NCBI GenBank assembly: GCA_964270895.1
Contig: OZ185440.1
Reading direction: 5' to 3' (one strand)
Origin: Podarcis filfolensis
Taxonomy: Eukaryota
DNA length: 64,000 bases
The position numbers were made by a program, and so were the translations under genes. Below are positions 1 through 12,022 of this stretch, piece by piece. The notes under the pieces were generated by a model that was not told where the DNA came from, ran no database searches, and saw nothing but the letters and a program-made list of their open reading frames with translations. Numbering within the stretch: position 1 is the stretch's first letter; the number at the start of each line of letters is the position of its first letter.

Positions 1-519
1 GTGTCCTGCAAAATATTCATATATTTTGAAGCCCCACCACCTCCAAGAAGTGTGAGACAATGTAGCCATAGTCTTTCTGCCCCCCTTCTTCTACCCACCA
101 GCTGTGTGGCAAGCAGAGCAAGCAGGGCTCCAAGTGTGCAAAGAAAGAGAAAGAATGGATGGAATAAGCTGTGGCTGCCTTATTTGCTACTGCACTGGGA
201 GATCCAAAGGTATATGCATATTCCCAGCGTTTCAACTGGGCAACACTACTCTTCAGGAGCAACATCTCAAGACTTTCACTTTTCTAAGCCATAACTGAAT
301 GGAGGAAGCATTGATTAGGTATATGCTGTGGAATGGGAAGGGAAAACTAGAAGGAAAAGAACCTTGTGAGGGAACTGCCCTCTCCCTTCAGATCTACCAG
401 GCATGAATTTATGCCTTTGAGAGATCCCATTTTGCAAAGCTGAATAGGTTACTGATCTCTCTTTCTGAAGAAGCTGCTAGCAGTAAGCAAGGCTGTACCT
501 TGGAGGTAGAGTACATTCT

Positions 520-1070
520 ATGCAAGGGGACATGCAGAAAAAAGCTGCCCTCACCAAGCCCCTCTTGGTGACAAGAATAAAAAATTACACTGCCTCAGAA
601 TTTATCATGCACCCAATTACAATGTTAATTGGCAAGCCCCAGAAATCAATTAATTCACAAGTTTTTTTTCAATTAAAAATTAAGATAAATCATAAAAATG
701 TTTCAAGCAAAGGCCAAACACTGTGAACTGCTTTCCGTCTTCCTATAGGGATATATTAGAGGCTTTTTTTGGAGGGGATTATAAACATAATAATAAAATA
801 ATAATAATAATAATAATGATATATATATATTTAAAGTGCTCGTGTTTTTGAAAGCCCGGTTGCCCTTGAGTGTCTTTGGCAATGCGCAAGAGGCCTGTCA
901 TCAGCAGGACTGGGCTGAAGACAGATAAAAAAGTATCGACCGGTCGGACACACGGCTTCTGCTTTATTGATCAGGCGGGAATTTAACTTGCTGTGCATAT
1001 CCACGGTGTCAGCAAGGGCCACAGGCGAAATTAAAAGTACTTGGCTTGGAGATGTCGCCATGATACCATG
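520..1070. promoter_or_regulatory. Putative conserved non-coding element block
   Basis: TE-free. 590-700 is dense in TAATT/ATCAATTA/ACAAT motifs and 840-1060 is CpG-rich. Conservation is inferred, not tested. Confidence 0.35.
787..830. repeat. (AAT)n/(AT)n simple repeat
   Basis: Direct reading. Confidence 0.9.
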
Positions 1071-2429
1071 GGAAGGAGGGGGAGGAGAAGAGGGAAGAAA
1101 GAAAGAAAGGATGAAATGTTAAAAAGCTGATGGGTGGGGGGAATCAAAGAGAAACTAATGAGAAAAAAGTTAGCGAATGGAGGGAGATGGGGGGCCACCG
1201 GGGTCTAATTCTCACTGAGAGTAATGCTGGCTAGTCACTGTCTCTTTAGATCTCTGCTTGGTTGTCAGGTTGCTTTTAAGGTGAGAGATTTACTAGGTAT
1301 TTCAATGGAGCTTTGTGAAAGAAAAAAGGCCCTCACTCATAAATGTCTCTAATCTCCCTTGCTCGAAGCTCTGTAAGACCTGAGTGTTGGTTGCTTTGGA
1401 GGTACCAGTGCGTTGCCTGGCCGGTTTATGTCACTGGGCGTAAATCTAGGAGAGCCAAGAGGTGAGAGCAGTGACCCTGATGCATGGCATGTGACAATGG
1501 GACTTATTTATGTTTTATGCACTCCATTTATTCTTATTGGGGGGAAAGGATTACATCTTGCACACCTCTTGGGGATTAGCTTTTCAGGAGGATTCTGAAG
1601 AGGGCTGGCGCAGTCAACTGCTGGATTATCCAGGGAACTTTGTGATACCTGCCCATAAGCTCCCTATAGGTGAGTTCCTAGTGGATCAACCCAACTCATG
1701 ATTACAGAAGTGTAGAAAACACCAATATTTCAAACTGGAGTGTCTTACCTGAACTCAAGACTGAGCTCAGTGATTATACTCAGTGTGGCCACTTCCAGAC
1801 TGTCACTATTTTGCAGGTATGATTCTATCATATACTAGTAAATTTAGATTGCACAATTAAAGTGAATTTGGTGCTCTTAAGTTCTTGCACAATAAATTCA
1901 CTTCCAAAAAACAGCCACATAATTTTTTGTGGTAAGAAAAGTGATGGGAAAATACACTTGAGAGTGTCAGATAATGGCAATGTCAGGTGATGCTATATAA
2001 TCTTCGCTCAAACTGAATGCTCAATAGTGATGTTGTACGATGTGTGGGTGTGGGTGGGTGTATACAGTGCTTTTTTTCTTAAAAAAATGTTTAGGGGTGC
2101 TCTCATTTTCCTACTCATATTGAAATACTGCCCCTCAATGAGGCCAAACTTAGATTCACAAAATGTTTAGGGGAATGTGTACCCCTGCTTCCCCCCAGAA
2201 AAAAGCACTGTGTGTGTGCACGCGCGCCCTGTTTTTTATCTCATTCTCTCTACTATCTCCTGTTATGTCTGCATAATAGTGCTAATGGAATAGGAGGATG
2301 CTGGCAATGTTATACCAAAATACTGATACAGGAGGAAGGAGGATTTTAAGCACTGGGTGTGCATTCCATACATACGACTCAGCAAAAATAAATGAGCAGA
2401 CTAATCTCAGACCACCTAAGGTTCCTGAC

Positions 2430-2566
2430 ATATGCGAGGAACCTGTGGCTCTTCATACATTGTTGGGCTACAATTCCCATTATCCCTGGCCACTGGCCAT
2501 GCAGGCTGGGACTGATGAGAGTTGGAGTCCAGCAACACCTAGAAGGCCATAGGTTTCCCATCCCTG
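2430..2566. mobile_element. ~135-bp palindromic hAT-like MITE (ACTACAACTCCCATCATCCC family)
   Basis: Imperfect palindrome GGAACCTGTGGC...CTACAATTCCCAT...ATGAGAGTTGGAG...GCCATAGGTTTCC, with related copies elsewhere in the window. Confidence 0.75.
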
Positions 2567-3869
2567 ATGTAAGGATGCAGCCATACTATGGATCTAGTTG
2601 TCCTACAGAATCTCAAAGCTTTCAGCTTCTGTCCTACATCATGACCCATTTATCTAAATAAGAAACTTCCTGCATGTGTTGTGATGTAGAGGAACAATGT
2701 GGTATTCAGTGAAGTAGTTGCACTAGTAAAACAATTTTTCCCCCTTTCTTCCTCTCTCTGTGTGCCCCATGGCATCCCCAAATCTGCTCCAGAGTGTCAG
2801 GGGAAATCCCAGAACAGATTTAGGGAGTATGCTGGGGGAGGAACGGGGGGAACTGTTTCACTGAACAAGGAGAAATCCTTGCACTGACAGAACTATCTGC
2901 TTAATTCTACACTAAATACAACCCACATATTTTGGTTAAATAGTAGGGCCACTTATTAACACAAAAGATTTTCTGAATCAGTGCAAATGCACTCATAAAC
3001 TGTTCAGGTTGTGCTAATCCACAATTACAAATGAACCTGTAGGATCAGTGCACGTGGCACAGCCTGAATCAATGAGTGTTAGAAAACCACAGTGCTAGCT
3101 AGCTTTGTTAGGATACCTTCCCATTCACTTTTAATTCAGCAGCAATAGAACAGATGGGCGGGTAGGGAGTTAGCAGGGCTTGGGCTTCATGTTTTTGTGC
3201 CTCCCCCTCTCTAAGGAGAAAAGTACCATGAAAGTCGCCTCTCTCCAATGAGAGTGCTCAAACACTTCCATTATCCTTGAGTGCAGCCTCTCACTAGTCT
3301 CTTGATCACCTGGAAAGCTGGAAGGAAGGTAGTCTGGGATTTGCATCAGGACTGGAAACTTGGCTGAGTGGGCCCTTAGCAATTCATGAGAACCTGCCAA
3401 CGCTAGGTGCTGATAAAGCTGCGTACTGACGTTAGACATGCCTGGATATTGCTTAAATGTGCAAATGTATTGGAAATAAGCAAGGTCACTGCAGAATCTC
3501 ATCATCTTTACATTAGAAGACTGAAAGGCCATTTGCAAGAGTTGCATAAAGGATCCAGAGGATTCTGCCATGACTGGGTGGCTGGGTGGAGGCAGATTAG
3601 AGGGCAGCTGGGGCACCTTTCAACACAGCGATTCTTTTAATGTTTTATCTTAAGTCAACTATAGAGCTTGGGGGGCCAGCATCTCGATCCCTTCAGTGCT
3701 TCACCATGGGGCACTGTGCCTTGTCCCCGGATCCTAACCCAGGGCTGTGTACTGCATGAGCAGCTACTTGGCATTCCGTGGGAGGCAGTGGAAGGGTGGG
3801 GAGAGAAAGGGCTGCATGCAAATTTCATTTCTGAGCCACTGGCGCTGTTTCAAGTGCCAGGAGCCTCGG

Positions 3870-4230
3870 AGCCCCTTCTCAGCATTACATATGTAACAGC
3901 CTCATTGAACTTGACATGTCAAATTCAGGCCATTTGTGCAAAATCTCCCTTTAATAATACCGTTTCATTTCACTCAAATGAGACTTGAATGCATGTAAAA
4001 TGGAAAAGGATATTTAAGCGCTAACATTAGGCAGATGTCTTGCCAGAGGCCGATTGAATATATGAGATTTTGAAGTGGTTAACACGATTTCGCTGCTCCC
4101 TCTTAGAATATGTCACCTGCCGGGCGTTTCTTCCCCCTCCTCCCTCCCTTTTTAAGCGAAGGATATAAATTGAAAGAAAACAAAACTACAAGCTTTGGCT
4201 TGGAGGGGATTAACTCCGTCCACGCTGGCA
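3870..4230. promoter_or_regulatory. Putative conserved non-coding element
   Basis: TE-free complex sequence with retained CpGs and a TTGACATGTCAA palindrome near 3910. Confidence 0.35.
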
Positions 4231-5285
4231 TGTCCTTCTGAAAAACAAACAAGCTTCTATCTTACTTTTACAGGGCAGTTTTGGAAATAGATGCAACATT
4301 TTGTGGCAAGGTAGGTGCTAGGCACTGCTTTTAAATTAAAGAATATTAGAAATATAATTGGAGGCAATATAGTCCAATCCCCTGCCCCAGCAAGATTCCT
4401 TCAGACTAAAACACTCTGGATAGTTGCCTATCTAGTTTCTTTTTAGGGCTTATTCAGCCACTTCCCCTCTATTGGGCAACACTAAAGCAGGCTACCAATG
4501 TCACATGCGCTTCACTCATTGTTCAACCCGCAGAGGATAGCCTTGCTCAGAGGAACCGTTGTGCTCCAGTTCACCTCCCATTCAAAAATATGCAGGACGT
4601 CCAATCAGGCACAAATGCAACAGACTGCACATTCACTGGATAAACAGCCGTGTACAAACACTATACCTTTAGAGCAAATTCGAAGCACATTCTTCAGAGA
4701 ATTCTGAACACTGTTGTTTGTTAAGGTTCACTGGGATTGTAACTCTTTGAGGGGAAAGAATGTGTTTCAGATGTGCTTTAATGGCATAGGGTGTACATAG
4801 CCAGAGCAAGGGCAAAGCTGTTGAAGTGGCCAATTGGCTCAGATTCTAATAAGCAACTGGGCTACATGGCCAGTGAGACAGCTGCAACTTGCTTCACACC
4901 TGTTGAGGGTTTAAAAAAATGCCTTGCTAGAGTGTTCCTACACTTGATCTACAAAATGAAGCAGTGCTAATTCTGGAGATAATTAAAGCAAAACTAACAA
5001 AAAGAAGTAAGGCATGTGTGAAGAGGAAGGTTTGTCATTCAAAGTTCATGACAAAGTCCCAAATAAGCCAAGGTTGAATTTATTTTTCTCTGGTAGAGGG
5101 TACAAATCCTGCTGTAACAGATAAGTCTGTTGTTTGGGGATGAAAACTGATTTGTTCACCCAAGCAAGGGTTGAATCAGAAACTGAAGTGAGGTGACATA
5201 GACTCAGCAATCTCAATTAAAAATAGAAACAACACTCCTCTCTTTTGTTCTAAGATACTATGATTATACATCTCAAGTCCAAGAC

Positions 5286-5362
5286 ATAGAATCATAGAAT
5301 TGTAGAGTAGGAAGGGACCCTGAGGGTCATCTAGTCCAACACCCTGCAATACAGGAATCTCA
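5286..5362 (-). mobile_element. CR1-type 3' tail fragment (truncated SINE or LINE)
   Basis: CATAGAATCATAGAATTGTAGAG..GGAAGGGACCC..AGGGTCATCTAGTCCAAC..CCTGCAAT is the reverse complement of the shared tail. Confidence 0.8.
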
Positions 5363-6273
5363 ACACGCTATCCAATTCCCCCATCCAATTCATGGTCTGA
5401 AGGCATATGGTACAGTAACGTTACTGCAGCTAAGCAGATCTGAGTCTGGTTAGTGAAAGGATGTGGGCTCCATGATGGAAGAAAGGCAAGTCATAAATGG
5501 GAAAACAAACAAATATCATTTAAATTGAAGTCATAATCTCTGGTGAAAAAATGCCATCTATTGAGTAACACCAGTAAGGAGATGTAGCTGTAACATCCCC
5601 CAGTGCCTTGTTAATGCAGATAAAGGTTGTTACCTCAAGATGATAACCCTGGAATCATTACCTCTAAATCTTTTTGGCTGTGTAAACAAGCCTTTAGAGG
5701 CCACAAACCATGGAGCCACTGGTGCTTTTCATAAACACTGGAGTTAAATGCTTCTGAGTAATGTCCAAATCACTTTACTGTGCGGTGTTCACACCGATGC
5801 CCTGCTGAGAAGACAATATGGGCCAGGGCATTCTTTGTGTGGCCATGACCAGGGAAGGCTGCTTTTTTCATCCCACACCACAGGAGGTTTCCTCTACCCT
5901 AATGTTTATTTAATAGCTGAAACAACAATCTGTGGTTGGGCACATCTTCCCTTTAAAAAAAGAAGAAGATCCTTCCCTTTGGCAAGCGAGGTTCTCCCAC
6001 TTCCCAGGATGATTTTCCCATACCACAGTGATTAGTAACAGCTGCTGGGCCATTTTGGTAACGACTGGAGTTTGGCAGAGAGGTATGTTGGGCTCCTGTA
6101 CTCTAGCCCATCACATTTATAAGCCTACATTTTATTTTCAAGTTTATTGGCTTATTTGAGATTGGTTATTAGCTTCCCTTTCTCATTATGGGTGGCTTCT
6201 GTTTCCCAAGTCCTTTCTGTGCCCAGGGTCACAAGCTGGAAGGATGGTGCCACCATCTTGAATACACAAAGCA

Positions 6274-6274
<1 letters not shown>

Positions 6275-6308
<34 letters not shown>
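6275..6308. repeat. (CA)n microsatellite
   Basis: Direct reading. Confidence 0.97.
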
Positions 6309-6310
<2 letters not shown>

Positions 6311-6439
6311 CATGCACACACAGAGTGAGATTTGTGTTGAAGATGGGCAAGTTCATGTAAGAGGGCCATGTTTATATACCGTGTTCTATGCAAGGAAGCC
6401 CTGAACCCCACTTCCCATGAGACACAAAAGCAGCCTGAC

Positions 6440-7010
6440 TTTTAAGGTGGCTTGTTCCCACTGCCAGGCTGGGGCAGGATGCGGCAGCGGGCTGGTGATT
6501 AGCCCCTGGGGCCTGATCTGCAGAGGAGACTGAGCGTTATCTATTGCAGCATGGTAGGAGTCATTAGTTAATAATTAATAAAGACCCTGCTATTGCTCTT
6601 CCCCACGCATGCAGCCTTAGCGGGCAAGGGCTAGGAGTAAGCTGTCTCCCCCTTTAACTGCCGTGGTTATTTAAAGGAATAATGCCATTCTTTTTCATTT
6701 GTCAGCTGGCCCACAATGGCCCTTGTCAGCCTTTATGATTTAGTGTTTCCTTTCCTTTCCCATTAAACGCCACCTCCCCCCCCACCTCCCTGCCTCACGC
6801 CAGCCACAGGCTGCTCTCGGCCAGCTCCACTCCAAGACTAGCCTCGCTCTTTCCACAGGCTCCTCTGAGCGCTAATTGCTTCTGTTCATTTAAACCTGTT
6901 CGTTAATTTGCTGTGGCCCTTTATTAAGTTGGATGCAGCCCAAATTACACCATAAATTATGCGCACAAGGGAACCGGGTGTCACATGGGATAAATGACTT
7001 GGCTGTTGCC
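6440..7010. promoter_or_regulatory. Putative developmental enhancer (homeodomain/Sox/TALE motif cluster)
   Basis: Contains cattagttaataattaataaa, ACAATGG, TTGTCA x2, TTTATGA, CTAATTG, TTAATTTG and CCATAAATTA, with retained CpGs and no TE signature. Confidence 0.45.
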
Positions 7011-8624
7011 TCCCCCCCCCCCCATTCCTCTTCCCTCCCATCTGAGAAGTGGCAGATTCTGGCTCGGTACTAGATCCTACATTGGTATGGATCTGGGAGG
7101 TCTTGGTCCAGCCTGGATTCAGTAGGCCCCTCTTTTTATACCCTGTGGAAACTGGTTCCTTACACCTGTGTCCAATAATCCCCCTTGTTACACTGAGAAA
7201 AGACTCCAGGCTAAGCTGGGCCCTCTTTTCGAACCTTGAGGGGTGGTCTGTTGAGGTGCTGGGCGGTCCAAAACCTGGCCGTTCCCTGCTTCCTACTGTT
7301 CCCAGCCACCTGATGACATCACCTTGCTGCCATCGGCAGCCCGATCTCTTTCCTCACCTTTTAATGACCGGGGAATTCATTAATAATTGAAATAAACACG
7401 CTCTCTCCCAGGCTGCAGTTTTATTAAGGGAAGGCCAGGGATCTGCCAACCCTTGGCTGCAGCGATTTCCTAAATAACTGCTAGCAGTTAAAATGCAATT
7501 ATTATTTTTAAAAAAAGACAGAGGACTTTTGCTGCGCTGGTGAAAGCAGCAGCAGCAGGCAAGGGAGAGGCAGCCTCAGGGCAGGTGACAGCCTCTGGGA
7601 GGTGGGCTGGTGGACTCCACCTTTGTGTCCACATGCTTAACCTCTTCTCTGCTGCACTGGGGAGGCAAGGATGCCTGAGAAGAAGAGGCTGCTGTTCACA
7701 GGAGTCACGAAAGGGGGAACCTGGAGAGGAAGTAATTCCCCACCGAAACTCTTTGGCAGTGTGTTTTCCATATTGGTAAGATCACACATTTGTTTTGCAA
7801 TTGATGAAAGCTGGGGGGAGGGGATCAGAGATTTCAAACCTTTCAATTTCATTTTCATTGGCAGGCTAGGTAGGCCAGTATGGAATTTACAGGTTAAGAG
7901 ATAAAAATGCATGCTGGGAGTTTCGTGGAGCTTTCCCTGAAACCAGTGAAGCAGCACCAGAGACATCAATGCAGGCAGGGCTGGCCACAGAGAGAAGCAG
8001 CCTGAGAGCTAGTGAAGTATTCCCAGTGTCCCCCACATCGGATTTAGGGCAGTGCCGGCAGTTTCCCCACAAAAGGGCAGTGAGCTGAGGGGGCGCAAAA
8101 TTGAGAAGATCCATTTGGGGGCACCAAATTTTGGGCTCGCTCAGGGCACCATATTACCAAAGATTACCTAATTCTGCCCCTGGTGTGTCAAAGTTGTTTT
8201 TTTAAAAAGTGCCCTTGAGAAAGAATCCCCAAAAACGTGTTGCACTCACAATAAATATTGTGTGGTATGATCAATCAGGAAAATAACATTGCCTGAGAGC
8301 CTTGGTGGGGAATATTTTGCAACACCTAAAGTTTCCTCCCTCCTCCTTTTTGGGGGTGGGAGAAGCATCTCGGATTGATTGATTATTGGGACTGAAAACA
8401 CATGTTCAAAAGAAGGGTACACAGATAGTTTAATGTTCTAAAAATCTGCAGTAAGAGTTAAACACTCCTCACCAAGGTATACAAGAACAAATTTATAGAT
8501 TGCTCAGCTGGTACATGCCACACTGACTATAGAGGGATGGGACCCACGTTAGCTGTGTCTTGGGGTTATGCACACTGATGCTTGTGGTAGTACGTGGGTT
8601 GGTGAAGACCCTGGCTGTCCTTAC

Positions 8625-8754
8625 CTGATGTTGAGCTGTGTTAACTTCTCCATTTCCTGCTCCATGTGTTCCTGCAGCTCACCCGGGCGCAGCAAGACCT
8701 GACAAATGGGGCAGATGGGAGCCTGGCTGTCAAAAAGTGTTGCCTTCTTTTTGC
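8625..8754 (-). CDS. RNF220: RNF220 internal coding exon (equivalent to human exon 3), 130 nt, phase 1 to phase 2, contains the CPICQ...H zinc-binding-like motif
   Basis: Minus-strand translation KKKATLFDSQAPICPICQVLLRPGELQEHMEQEMEKLTQL closely matches my recollection of human RNF220 KKKAAALFDSQAPICPICQVLLRPSELQEHMEQELEQLAQL. The acceptor is ttacAG|GC (AG at 8756-8755) and the donor is CATCAG|GTAAGG (GT at 8624-8623). Length 130 = 2 + 42x3 + 2. Confidence 0.95.
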
Positions 8755-9276
8755 CTGTAATGGAACACAAGATAGAGTCTTGAGTTTCAGGTACCCTCAA
8801 ATCCATTCATTAGTACCATCCCACCACTCTCATAGCTTGGAAATAGAAAGTGTTTTAGAAAAACAACAACCCACAAGTATCTGTAGCCTCAATTACTAGC
8901 TCAGTAGTCAATTTGTGTCGCTTCTACCCACTGGCTTTTCTGAATGCCGCTCCTTGTTTGTTTCAGGAATGCACTTGTAGGCCACACACCATTGGCTAAG
9001 TTCAGCAGAACTTTGGACCTATGTAATGGGCTGCAGCAGCTGGCCCTGGCTTAGGATTAGACCCTTATAAGCTTGGAAAGGAGTGGCTGTGGGGAGGTGC
9101 CAAGGGAAGTTAGCTTGAAGAAATTAACTTCAGCTTCTTGTCCTATAATTAAACATGGCTGAAGGAGGCAATTAAAGGGAGAGAAGGAGCACCTCTAGCA
9201 GCTAGGGGAAATTACTAGGGCAGCCTCTTTCTGCACCATCAGCCAAGAAGCAAGATGCCCCACCTCCTACTACCAT

Positions 9277-9277
9277 G

Positions 9278-9308
<31 letters not shown>

Positions 9309-9321
9309 GAGACAGACAGAC
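9277..9321. repeat. (GACA)n microsatellite
   Basis: Direct reading, one interruption. Confidence 0.95.
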
Positions 9322-9925
9322 TATGACTGCTGCTTACCACTGCTTGAAGTGGCAGCAATAACATATTTGCACTTTTCTAACGTTACCTATACACAGGCAC
9401 TACAACAACTGAGGGCAACACCACACAAGACAATTTGCCTACATAAATATCACTTCCGTACAGAACTGTTGAGAGTACACAATGTATTTCTATAATGGGG
9501 TCCTTGGGCACACACCCAGTTTTCTTACATGGGAATTATATCCATGAAGGAAATTCATTTTGCATGAAACGGCCTTAAAAGTGAGAGAGTCTTACAACAG
9601 TTAATTTTACTCAGTATCAATATTCTAACTCTTTGTCCCCAATCGCCCTGCTAGGAACCATGCCATTGATTTCCCTGGTTGGAACAACCTCAGAAGGCAC
9701 TAAGCAGAGGTAGAAACAATGTGGTTTTAAAATAGACTTCTATCAAAAGTGCAAGTAAGGATTAAGTCATAGTAACCTTCCATGAGCAGAACTAAAGCAC
9801 TTCTACCACTCAAGTTAGCACTCAAACCATGTAAACAAACTTTCAGGGGAGAAACTGGATATACATGGCTCCTTGTAAGCTTGAGATGATTCAGAAAAGA
9901 CAAGCAACTTCCTTGAATGACTTGT

Positions 9926-9927
<2 letters not shown>

Positions 9928-9964
<37 letters not shown>
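9928..9964. repeat. (GT)n microsatellite
   Basis: Direct reading. Confidence 0.97.
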
Positions 9965-9965
<1 letters not shown>

Positions 9966-10889
9966 GATGAACAGAAGGGATACTGAAAACCTAAGAAATA
10001 TACGGGTATTTTTGAAGGTCTCCCAAGTAGAAGACCATCTTTGCTGTGAGTACTGCAAGACCTGCTCCCTGCTTTGCTGGCCTGTTTCTACCTGGCCTGG
10101 GAGGGTGGGTCGCTGACTGATTCCAGCCACAGAAACAGCTGTTGCTACTAAAACGGTCAGAGACCATCTTAGCTGTGAATCCTGCAGGGCTGCTGCTCAA
10201 GATGCCTAGAGGCTATCAGGATGGAGAGTTTTTGCTGGAGTCAAGATTTCATTTTGGAAATGCTGTTACTGGTACAGAATAATGCTTTTGTCTCTTTACT
10301 GTTAGACCTTATTATGAATTATGTAGAGATTGTTTATTTTATTATATATGTATTAAGATGTTTTCATTTATTGCTTATAACTTAAGTTGTGTTATATTTT
10401 TGTAATTATGTAATTTTTTTGATGTTGTAAGCCACCTTGAGTTTAACTGTAGAAAGGCGACATACAAATAAACAATTGTGATGAAATGTGATTTATTAGT
10501 ACTAGAAATTATACCAACCCTATTCGGCTTCTTCCTCTGGTACAAATCTAACCAGTCACAACCTCAAAAGATACTGAGAGCTCTGAACTAGCAGGGACAG
10601 TGATTTCTGTACCATTTGAATCACCTCAGAAAGACCTCCATGGCCTATTGCAGCACAACTGAATTTTGTTGAGAAGCCGGCAGCAGTTTGGCTTTCTATG
10701 TTTTCTATGTTCTACAGCTAGTTTCTTTCCCTGCTCAGAGATGTTACTACACTCTGCTTTAGAATATGCAGCACCCTGATAACGTATAAATATGTTTTAA
10801 AGGCAAACAACCAAGTGACCAGAGACATTATTAGACAGTTGCAGGGCTGCAAGCATGAGCTCCATAGCTGTGATAGCTGCTCTGGTCGT

Positions 10890-11230
10890 CAGAGGGCGTA
10901 GCACACCCAGATCTGATGGCTGCCGTGAAGGGAAGCATGCTTTATAGTTTCCTATTGTCATCTAATGTGAAGCGTTCCTGCTGGATTATTTATTTATGTA
11001 TTAGACATGGATCAAATTGGTTAAATCCGCGCGAGAGGCAGTAATGCGCCATAAAGCAGGCTGCGTGCAATATGGCCTTCCAATCAAAAGCCAAAAGGTG
11101 CCATTTTATGGCCCCAAGCAAAAAGCACAGCCCAGTTAAATGAATCCCCTTGAAAGGAATAGACCTCCCAAAGGAGAAAATGTTGGCACAAGCACTTTGC
11201 CGGGGCTACATAAACAGGTGTAGGGGGGAG
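10890..11230. promoter_or_regulatory. Putative conserved non-coding element
   Basis: Retained CpGs (ccgcgcgag), posterior-Hox-type CCATAAA and TTTTATGG sites, CTATTGT and TTGTCA. Confidence 0.35.
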
Positions 11231-11807
11231 GCGCTTTAACAGGACTGAAATAAGTTTGGAAATAACCTTGACTCATCCTTGCCTTCAAATTATGCACAAG
11301 GCCATGCTTCAGGGGAGATGTCTTTCACCAGCAATGTCCTCACTATATAATACACTCACTAAGTGCACCACAGAACCCTTTATGGGAATTAGGGTTTTAT
11401 TTCTCTCTATACATATTGAGGGCATTGAACTGAGGGCACCTTACTCAAGGCTTCTTCTCCCCCTGCTGTAAACTACCACACCATCGTTCCCTTTTATAAC
11501 TAAAGCTGCAAACAGTGTTTGAATTATCAGAGTTCAGGGGCGTGGAGGAGAGCAGTAGAAGTCTTATATGAGGATGGAGTAAAGGGGTGCTGTTATGAGG
11601 TAGCCCAAAGAACCTGAGTCCCAGGTCTTTTTTGTAGGCCCCTGGTTCCTCTGCCTCTTCCCCTCTCCTTTTCAAGGAACTCAATAAGTTGTTTTTAATT
11701 TTGCATACTGACATGCTAAAAAGTGCATTGCCCATAAGACTACATGCCATCTTGATTTGTCCAGTGACACTCACTTTAGACTGAATATGTACAGAAGCAA
11801 ACAAACA

Positions 11808-12022
11808 GGGTGGCTTAGTGGTTAGAGGGGTGGACTAAGACCTGGGAGACCAGGCTTCAAATGGCCACTCAGCCATGAAGCTCACTGGATGACCTTGGGC
11901 CAGTCACTCAATCTTAGTCTAGCCTACCCCACATGGTTGTTGTGAGGATAAAATGGGGAGGGAGAAGAACCATGTATGCCACCTTGAGCTCCTTGGAGGG
12001 GGCATAACTGTAATAAATAAAC
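11808..12022 (+). mobile_element. MIR/Ther1-like CORE SINE
   Basis: GTGGCTTAGTGGTTAGAG head, GACCTTGGGCCAGTCAC core, GGTTGTTGTGAGGATAAAATG, and an A-rich tail. Confidence 0.8.

Noticed and set aside
1-8624. The next RNF220 exon (expected about 46 nt, KNSLLKD...TPK)
   Set aside because: Not found on the minus strand. The partial match CCATGGCATCC at about 2767 belongs to a repeat related to 44030-44140. The exon probably lies before position 1.
8755-8806. N-terminal part (MDLRVPETQDSILCSIT) of the listed 8621-8806 ORF
   Set aside because: It is intronic read-through upstream of the ttacAG acceptor, and RNF220 similarity starts at 8754.
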